DNA of 59,939 bases, filler included, from Sphacelaria rigidula (Eukaryota): the NCBI GenBank assembly GCA_964200075.2. It is 8 parts of 8 records of this genome, joined end to end, with 100 filler letters (N's around TTAATTAATTAA, not from the genome) between each part and the next. Parts side by side here need not be neighbours in the genome. Positions count along the whole stretch, not along the records: positions 45,032 to 52,435 come from CAXNAA020015077.1; positions 52,536 to 59,939 come from CAXNAA020015078.1; 6 more parts are not named here. One strand, 5' to 3'. The translations under genes were made by a program, and so were the position numbers. Positions within the stretch are counted from its first letter, which is position 1; each line of letters opens with the position of its first letter. Positions 50,997 through 59,939 of this stretch are shown here, piece by piece. Below the pieces are notes generated by a model, which had not been told where the DNA came from, did not search any database, and was given only the letters and a program-made list of their open reading frames with translations.

Positions 50997-51421
50997 TATA
51001 TGTCGGCCCCACTGATTTCTATCGACGTCCCGAGTACAGTGAAGTGGTTGAGAACGGTGTTCCCACCACAGGGGATCTCAAGGCACAGGGTAATAAGTAC
51101 CTCCAACAAGGGGTCGACGGGGTCATACTTCCATCTTCCTGAGTGCTGCCAGCTTGCGACGCTGATGCAAGGAGGTCGTATCCGGTCATCCGGACGGTTC
51201 AAGCTGAAAACTTGTGATCGAATGCGATCCCCTTGGCGTCCTCAGTGTTGCAAGCTGGCAGTATCTAGGAACGCGGATGTACGACCACGTCCACTCCTTG
51301 TGGGATGTACCTATAACCTTGTGCCTTGAGGTGTCCCCTCTGATGGGAAAACCGTTGACCAAGTACACAGGCTGCTCGATCGCGGACGATAACGGACATC
51401 ACTGGGGTCGACAAGATATAT
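50997..51421. mobile_element. ~420-bp foldback (long imperfect palindrome), TA-rich ends
   Basis: CTCAAGGCACAGGGT / ACCTTGTGCCTTGAG, CTGCCAGCTTGCGACGCTGA / TCAGTGTTGCAAGCTGGCAG and TGTCGGCCCCACTGAT / ATCACTGGGGTCGACA all pair around a centre near 51200. Confidence 0.8.
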
Positions 51422-54400
51422 ACGTCCGCTCCTCTTCTATGAAGGATCGCTGTTTTTTTTGCGCAGGCCGCTGGTGTGATTGCGAAAATTGCCGAGTCTT
51501 TGGGAGCCCAGTGCTATTTTTTGTGGTTGTTGTGAATCGGCATCACTTTTAGACGTTTCAAACTCAAAATTAGCATTTGGTTCCCAAAGGGTTGGATTTT
51601 TTATCCATATTGTCTTTCTCTTGTCCAAAAAATAATAACCAACCATCCATCCTCAAACAATCTTTGATTAATTAATTAGTTAATTAATTAATTTATGTAC
51701 ATATACTTTTTTATTATCCCGAATATATCCACACCTGTATTATACCGCCTGCATCAGTACATACAATGTCCCGCATGTCCCGCATTAAATGTCCCGCCCA
51801 CTATGTGTCATGCTTCCTGCAGTTCCACTGATGTTTCGGCGCTGACCTCATGAATCCATATCAGTGGAGTTTTCCCCGACCCTGCTCTCCAAGTTCATGG
51901 TTGAAAATACTTGGTTTTAGTGTAGACGATCGTATTCGGATCTTTTTTTTTAGAGGGTTAACACAGTTCCAAGGGCACGCCGAGAGTGCTTGATCGCGCG
52001 TTTTGGCTCAAATTGACGCCGATGCGAGCTCCGCCAACGCACTTGTTGCAGATATTACTGTTGGTGGTATCCTAGGCATCCCCCTTGGCCGAGGACTCTC
52101 GGTCGATCTTGGGTTGTTTTTTTTCTCTTTTTTTTTTTTTCCTTGAAGGAAGGAGGAAACCCCACCATACACTTACCCCGCAAGCGAGTTCGTGTGCCGA
52201 TTACCCTGAAGATCGGCTAGACCACCTCGCGGCAGTCATGTGAGGTAGGCGCCTCGAGCGTTTGGAAGGCTTTGCTCAAGGCAAGAGTAGGGGTCGAACC
52301 CACTACAGTTATGCCCGTGAATGGGGGCCCTAACGACCAAAAATACGTGGCAAAAAAAAAAGAGAAGAAAAAGAAACGGGGAGGGGAAACGAAAACAGCC
52401 AAGACAGGGAGGCCGGGGAAGGGGGGCCCGAGGGANNNNNNNNNNNNNNNNNNNNNNNNNNNNNNNNNNNNNNNNNNNNTTAATTAATTAANNNNNNNNN
52501 NNNNNNNNNNNNNNNNNNNNNNNNNNNNNNNNNNNGGGTGCATGGTGTTGTGCTGCACGCGCTTGCACTGCACTGGGGTGAACAGCTTGTAGCGCAGGAA
52601 GGGGGCTCTCTACTGCACCCATGTGCTGGTGCGGAGCAAAATTTAAACTTTTTTCAACTTCTTCAGTCAAGTCGTTAATTTTGAGACACCGATGGATTTC
52701 AGTGAAACCTTTTGCAACAGAAATTTTATGTTGTCTACATGGTAAAACATTCCTCTGTATGTCTCCTGGTCGTGTAGGTCGAGCGCCATGTTCTCCCATG
52801 ACACCGGAGGTCAGGTTTAAACGAGGGGGTGATGTTCACCCTGAGCTGCACGGATTCTGCCCTAACTCGTTGCATACAGCACTGTTGCCATTGAAATTTG
52901 CGAGAGGAACTTTCTGCCTATCTATGAACGCACCTTGATTGTTAATGCGTCTCCTCCTCCCTCCTGGGCGATGCTGTCTGGGCCGCTCTTGAATGCACAG
53001 CAGGTGCGGACCGTGCTTGCGAAATCGAGATATTTGCCATCATCCAACGCTTTTAACCGTTTTTCGCGGAGGCGTTCAAAAGACTAATAAAAAAACAAAA
53101 TCCCGGCGTAACACTGAATATGAAATCCCGATCGATGCTTTCAGCGGATGACGACAATTTTTGGTGTGCGCATTTCCTGGAGCACGGGAAGATGGTATAT
53201 ACCCTCACCTTCACCCAATTCGCTATCTATCTCGAGGTATGGCGCACATGAGTTTCTATACTGAAATTAATCTATTACGAGCAGAGGCACTAGATGAACT
53301 AAATTTGAATATCGCGTCTCAGTTTGTGAGAGTTATGCTACAGTATGAAAATTCGTATGGAGAATCGATGGTGCATGATGAAGCTAAAAAACAGCTTTCA
53401 ATTTTTTCCGTTTTTTCAATTTTTTCCCCCATATTCGGGGCAGTTTTGAGGAGAAATGAACACTGCTCTGAGGCCTCATCTCAATTTCTTAGCTCAATTT
53501 TTAGAATTGTGATTTGAATCTCAGGATAAAGAACCACGGAGCTATGCTGAATAATTAAAAAATGTGGGCCCTCATTTTTTGGGGGGGTGAAGATGTTCGG
53601 GAGTTCTCATGAAAAAATGATCGCGGTTCCATACTAAAATGCCCTAAATCAGTGGGGGGGAAAAAACTATCCACTTTGTTTTGTTAATTATGCCCTAGCC
53701 ACGGCCCACATAAAGTTTCAATACCCACATGGGCCGGTAAGTGGCCTACAAAATGTTGTTCCGAATTTCTTCTAAGCCCGTCACTAAACGGCCCACTCAG
53801 CGGCCAATATTTAGAGTTAAAATCATTGCCCTTAACTCATGAAAAAACAACATTGTGTGCACTGCGGTATTTGTTTTTATCGTGTCCTACATGCCCATAC
53901 CAAATTTTAGTGTCCAACTCTATATATTATTGGCCGATTAATGGACCTGCAAACTACAAATTCGCTTCTCGCGGCTGACCCAGCTCGTAGAATGGGCTGG
54001 GAACACCACGTAGATAATAAATAATATGTCCTAAGCACAACCCTCTGTTTCTACACACAGTATTTCCAAGGTCTACCGACGAGTGCAGGTGCTGACAAAT
54101 ACGTCTGTGAAAAATCCCGATCGAATGAATGAACACCATGGTTAAAGTTTGACTACTGCTGTACTGTACACCGATAACCAATCGTGCATAAGTCATCAAC
54201 TGGTAAGTCGTACCTATCAATTGCATTCGTTTTCGCACTCCAGCCTGTGTCCGCCTCACTGCCTGACAGATAAAGCAGAATAAGCGCACCTTCAGTTCTT
54301 CAGGTTTTGTTTCTGTGAATTCTCATTTAACGGTACCGGTGTAACCGCCCGGAATGTAAGAAAAAAATATTTCAGGTACTGTACATGTTCGTATGTGAGC

Positions 54401-54890
54401 AGTATGTACCACGTAGGCAACATGTATGTTTCAAAGATTTGAATATTTGATAATGATAACATTCCTTTCATTCATCCTCGATAGAGAATAATACATCAAG
54501 TGATTACTTACAGCTCAGTGCGGTTGTTTGGCATTGCGGCTTGGCACTACCGCACGGCAGCAGCCACCAATCGTACAACCAGCCGTTCACCTGGCGATCT
54601 CCATTCCAAGCATCTACTGCAACTAGCATAGTTCAAGGCAAGAAGTAACAACTTGGCAAGAACAGATATTGCTGGGAGTAGTCTGTCTGAAGACCAAATA
54701 TCCGCAGACTTCCCTCCTGTATCGCCAAAAATTCGCACGGTCGGCAGTCTTCGGCGCCAGCTCAAATCTTCCAACCGCAGTGTACGGACCGCACCACAGT
54801 GAAGTCAAGCCTTGCCCACGAGACAAGGTCATACACTACATCTCGGTTGATACCAAGTGCACCAATCGATTCCTTCAGTTTCGTCGAATC

Positions 54891-55115
54891 ATGGTGCGTT
54901 GGGGGTTATATGCGGTGGGCGTTGCCGGCGTGGTTATGGCATCGGCGGCTAGCGCGCAGCTGACTAATTCCTCGACCAATTCTTCGACCAATTCTTCAGC
55001 ATCCGACGTTGCGCCCGTGACTGCAATGAATGCTGGGTCGTTTCACACTGTGGTGATTATTTTGGATGCCGGGGTCAATGTCGTGAAGAACTGGGGCGCT
55101 AACGGGCAAGGGCAG
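54891..55115 (+). CDS. Exon 1 of a signal-peptide-bearing RCC1-repeat protein
   Basis: Signal peptide MVRWGLYAVGVAGVVMASAASA-Q, three TNSS repeats, then the RCC1-like blade AGSFHTVV...VKNWGANGQGQ ending at donor CAG|gtgagc. Confidence 0.75.
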
Positions 55116-58100
55116 GTGAGCGAAAGGAGGTTTGGGTTTCGAGCGACGTGATCGATCGAGATGAACCGAAATGCATACCTCCTGGATTTTTCAAAACAGT
55201 GATTTCCTGTATTGGCTTGGAGAACAGCTGACGTTCATTTTTTTCTCTTCATGATGTGAAAACAAGGATGATGCTCAGTGATGCAGTGTATACCTGCCTT
55301 CCCGTCCCTCGAGGAGTCCCGTCCCTCGAGGAGACCTGGCGCGGAGGCTGCAGACGGTATGATTTATCCGATAACGTACGCCATTGTGCTAGCTTGTACG
55401 TACATATCTTGGCTGTGTGTACTCCGTGTCAGTTACTTGAGGGTGCACGGTGAAGATGTGGTGTTGATTTCCTCGGGTTTCACAGCGGGCAAATGATGGC
55501 GATTGTCGCATTCTGTACGAGTGACTGTATTGTGGCTAAGACTTTTTCAACACGAAGAACAAAGTTAGGCGAGCAGAAGTTGTTGGCTTCGACTGAGCTA
55601 CCAGAGGCCTGCGATGAAATAGAAATATGGGTACGGAGGACGGCGGTTTCCTGCTTCAGCACCAGCCCGTAGTCTCGACTCTACATGTACCACCGGTGTT
55701 GTTGGCAGCGAAAACGGAACAACTGGGCCACACCAATTCCCGCCCGGTAGTTCCGCAAGTCACTTCGCTTTTGTCTTGCCGGCGGTTCGGATTTTTCATT
55801 TTTAAACGCAGCGTATGTTCCACACATCAATGGTTGTTCCATACGTGCAGATGTTTCTGGGGGGTGGGGTCTCGGACTCTTGAGTTTGCCGTTACGGTTT
55901 GCCCACCCCACCTCCAGCGAGAAACATGCCTAATTATGCCATGTCTACCCGTTGCCCATGATGGCTGCTTAGATACGTACTGACGGAGTTTCATACACGC
56001 GCTGCGTTGTCCTCTGTTGATCGCTTTGACATGCCGAGCTTATTCTCCTCTCATCGCGAAAAACCAGAACCCGTGAAGTTGAGCCGAATGAACAGTTTGG
56101 AAGTTTTGTGTGCAGGCACACCACCCACATCCGAGCTTCACCCATACAAGTCCGTCGACCATCAAAAGAAAGGTGCCGTCACGAGATTCTCGACGTGAGA
56201 CACTCTCATGAGTGGCCACGACCACACCATAGTATCAAAAGTGGTCGCGGATAGCCGCTGTGTTCTCCCTTGAATTTAGCCTTGTGGTCCATGTGTCCAT
56301 AACGAGGCACGGGCTGTTATACTCATATTTTGAGGCACTAGAGGGTTTAGACTACACCACAACCGCACCGTAATGGTCGATGTTTCATGGAGGCGGTGCC
56401 CATCTAGTTCGCTGCTGATGAGTGCCCTGGTCGGCACGTCAAAACACTCATTGCATGGGACATGAGAACTGGAGGTCATTCGTTCTGTTTGCTCGCAAAC
56501 AGATGGGGTTTCGAATCTGGTTGCTTCTACACCATGTATACCCCCTGTTTCAGCTCGCGTGGTACGCCTTATCCCTGCATTTTTGACTGAAGACACGTGA
56601 CGGATCCGGTACCCGTTGTCCGTTTACGTCACGCAATACAATTTTACTCCCAAATAGAAGCGAACGGGATATGTCGACCGTTCTAAACGAACGCAAACGA
56701 ATGACTACTATGAAGACAACGGGATCCCGTCCCCTCCTGGTGCCTCTTTCGTACGGCGTGCTCGATCGCTACTCTAGCTGTACTCTCGTGCTGCAGCGTC
56801 GCCAACCCGATAGTACGTAACCGTCGTTCCGCTCTTCATACGTCTTTGCAGTCACAACGAATACTGTATGCAAAAGTGCACTCGTCGAAGAACAACTGTG
56901 TTTGGCCGGTTTCCACCAGCAATTGGTTCAGGTTACCCTTTCGAATTTGGGGATTCGTGATCTGTCGGAGACGGTTTCACATTCACCTGAAGAGTTTTCG
57001 AAAGACCCAGCCACCCTGACGGTCAATGGATCAAGGCAGTGAACCACTCCTACATGGATATGTTGATGGCCTGAGGAGCTGTTTGACAATCGGTCTGTGT
57101 GGTGGTCTCTTGCTTCTCATGTTCTTTGCTTCTTTTTCCAAGAAACGAACAGGAAGTTGCGCTGTGTGCTGAAATATCCGCCAGGGCACTTCTGTGTTCC
57201 AACACATGTACATGTAGCATACTGCATGACACTTGCTAAAACCAGGATGGACTCGTGTCCAGCCATGCAGCAAAGGTTCGATTATTAGGACCACCTCACT
57301 TGTCCCTTCTGGGTTCTACGCTAATTATGCGTGTGTTCATGTATCGAATAACGCTGCAGAAATCTAGGCAACGCCAGCATTCGGGGCTGCTGCCCTGTGT
57401 TGTGTGTTGTCGTCCCATCTATGCTGCATTGTCACATGCTACAGTCAACGGTTTGTACTGGCACGCGTACCCGGTCCTACCTAAACTTATGCGGCTCAAC
57501 GCTTGGTATGCCCATGTAGGCCATTCGTTCAAGAATGGAAAACGCGTACAATTATGACAGCTTCATATTTTGATTGGGTTGAACCCCCTTTCATGTCAGA
57601 TTCCTTCTGTTGAACCATGAACCATTGCTGACAAAAAAAGGGCGATAGTTTTCTCCCCAGCGTCTACTCATTCGACATACAAACAGGTTGATACCTACGA
57701 GAACTCAAAAGTCTATTGAAATATATATGCACGGTGAACGAGAGGTAGTGCTCGCGATTAGTGATGAAGTTTTCCTCATTGAGTAAGCAATGTCGTGAGG
57801 GCCAAGTCGGATTGACACAGCGCCCACACATGGATATACATTTCTGTTGTGAAATGTGAAGTTCAACCAATCAGAGGCCTTTCAGAGTGAGGAATCGGCG
57901 GAATCTAGCGCCGATGAAATGCGACCTCTGTGGTGAATTATGTGGCGAGAAATGCGCGTGATTGGCTCGCAGACTCGAGTGACCCTTGTATTGTACGCCA
58001 GGACGGATGAAACAGCAGCAGCGACACAGAGCTGGAAGCAGACAAGCAGACAGCAAGGGGGTACATTCCCACCATGGTGGGTTATTGCGATGCTCGTGTA

Positions 58101-59939
58101 TCGGTATATCCTTATCTTACTGTGGCTGGTCGTTTCTTCCCGTGACCGAGGGCGCTGGCGCCGATACCAGCGATAGCAGCCGCCATGCTGACGGGTGCAA
58201 ACAGTATCCTGGCGGTGCAGTATATGCGCTCTGTGCTGTGCGTTTCTCCCTTCATCGGAGCACGGGATCAGGCCCAGCCAGTCGAGCGGTGTATACCGGC
58301 GCTGGTTGTGTGTCTTGACTCTGCCATGTTCGATATCGCCCAAATGGATGGTCCTGGTAACATGATTTTTTAACAGACAAGTGTGTCTGGACTGATGCTA
58401 TATTTTACTGAGAGACGAACGCGACTATGCAGCACCTCAAGCAATCTCAGCGAAGATCAAGCCTTTTTCCCAAGGTCTAAACACGCCACAGAACAGCGAT
58501 AGCTACACATATGAGACCGGAAGTGAGTGTGTTTGTGCGGCAGTACAGTGAAACAGGACATGTCCCATGTTTTAGATGCGCGGCTGATTTTGAACGGGTC
58601 CTCAGTGTTTGCCGGGTGCCGATCTCGAATGCTCGACCATAATCGCGCTTCGCGCATATATGGCAGTTTGATTCACTGCAAAATCATCCCCATGTATGGG
58701 TCCTGTGCAAGTCAGATCGCATATGTTATCCCCTCACCCCCACGCGTTCCCATTGGTCTCGGTAGCGGACTGGATTGTTGTAATCAGCTAATGTGAGATG
58801 ATTAGTCGATCAAATATATTCACTGGAAAAACGAGAATGAAATTCACGAGTCACATTTCAGTCTGCCGAGGTCAGTGGTCGAATGGTGAACCCGCCAACC
58901 CTCGGATCGATCATGTGGGTCTGATAGACATGTTCGGTGGAAATGACAGTGATCTAGAAGATGACCCGACCTGGGTGGGATTCGACCCATTGAGCGCAGC
59001 ACACACATTTGAGACGGGTATATTGGCCGATGCAACAGATGGCCACGGCTGGCCGGTCGAAAGGTCTGCCGTTCAACCCTTCGTCATCTACGGTCGGTCA
59101 TTCAAATCTCGACCTCACTTGGTTCCAGGAACGGATCACGACCCGAAGCTGTCGCAAACTTCACGTCCCACCCACCCTTAGACAACATGACAATCCCTTT
59201 GGATTTTACGTTCAAATGCGGGTAGGGGAAGGTTTCGCGCTTTTTCGTCGAATTCAGCACCGCATATGCTGAGTTGATGGCTGCTATCGCATATTCACGC
59301 AGAGCACCCGTTGCCCAAGGGTTCTCGGTATGCATTGGATGGGGTCAGGGATACTTCAACCTTTGGACCGCGAGGGTAATCCACCTGGGTCATGAATACT
59401 TTTTTCCGGTGAAATTGGTGTTGATTCAAAAGGTGACCGATCCTCGCGGTCCAAGCGTGAACGATATTTCGCAATTATGAGGTTCTGTCGAGACCTCTAT
59501 TTCTTCTTGCCCATGTCTACGTGCTTGTCTTTCCGCAATTATAACTTGGTAAACTGCCTGTACTGACAGGTTTCAAACTGCCGTCTGCTGAACACATTTT
59601 TCATTTTACGCCGGCTGGTCCACTTGAGTTTGCGCGCTCCGACCCAACACCTTGTACAGTATTTTGAATGCGATTGCCTCTAGGACCCCGAAGTCGTGAG
59701 GTGGTGGTAAAAGAATTTACGACACAGACGAAAATGCTTTCAAAATACGTAGTCCGTGGCTGGGATGCCCCCCCCCCCCTCCACTCCTCTACAAGCTGGG
59801 CCAGCGTAGAAAGCCATTCATGACCAAAGCTTCCAAGGATCGGACAAATTATGATTCGTCTGAAAATTACTTGGTTTTGGTGTGATGAGTCAACTCGTGA
59901 CGAATCAATTCCTAGGCTTTATTTCAGCGTTGCAACCCA

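Noticed and set aside
52536..53030. Transposase fragment on the minus strand (WENMALDLHDQETYRGMFYHVDNIKFLLQK)
   Set aside because: Only a vague resemblance to Harbinger N-termini, with no catalytic motif visible before the scaffold end.
56403..56473. Hammerhead ribozyme (CTGATGA followed by GTGCC/GGCAC stem)
   Set aside because: The stem is followed by GTCAAAAC rather than GAAA, and no properly placed NUH cleavage triplet or stem III is present. At best a dead relic.

Overview
This is eukaryotic, intron-rich genomic DNA, most likely a brown alga (Phaeophyceae). That assignment is inferred from a heterokont-type bipartite plastid presequence, kb-scale GT-AG introns, GCPW-type ankyrin repeats and the repeat landscape. 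The window is not one locus. It is eight unrelated scaffolds of 7406-7404 bp, sorted by decreasing length and joined by identical 100-bp N44-TTAATTAATTAA-N44 linkers, so adjacency across linkers is meaningless. Gene fragments recovered by manual splicing: a GCPW ankyrin protein with an internal ~91-aa duplication, a class I SAM methyltransferase (2 exons), exon 1 of a plastid-targeted FAD oxidoreductase, the 3' part of a cytosolic carboxypeptidase (CCP/AGBL), the 5' part of an ERCC6L/PICH-like SNF2 ATPase (5 exons), a hypothetical coiled-coil protein, and exon 1 of a secreted RCC1-repeat protein. The rest is dominated by mobile DNA: a decayed RTE-type LINE lacking its RT core, two related tRNA-headed SINE families, and several MITE/foldback elements (TAA- and TTAA-flanked). 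The most intriguing non-coding signals are a candidate HDV-like ribozyme fold in the RTE 5' leader and a nearby alternating array of tRNA-like units. I cannot support a complete novel multi-gene system from this sequence. Most ORFs in the supplied track are spurious.
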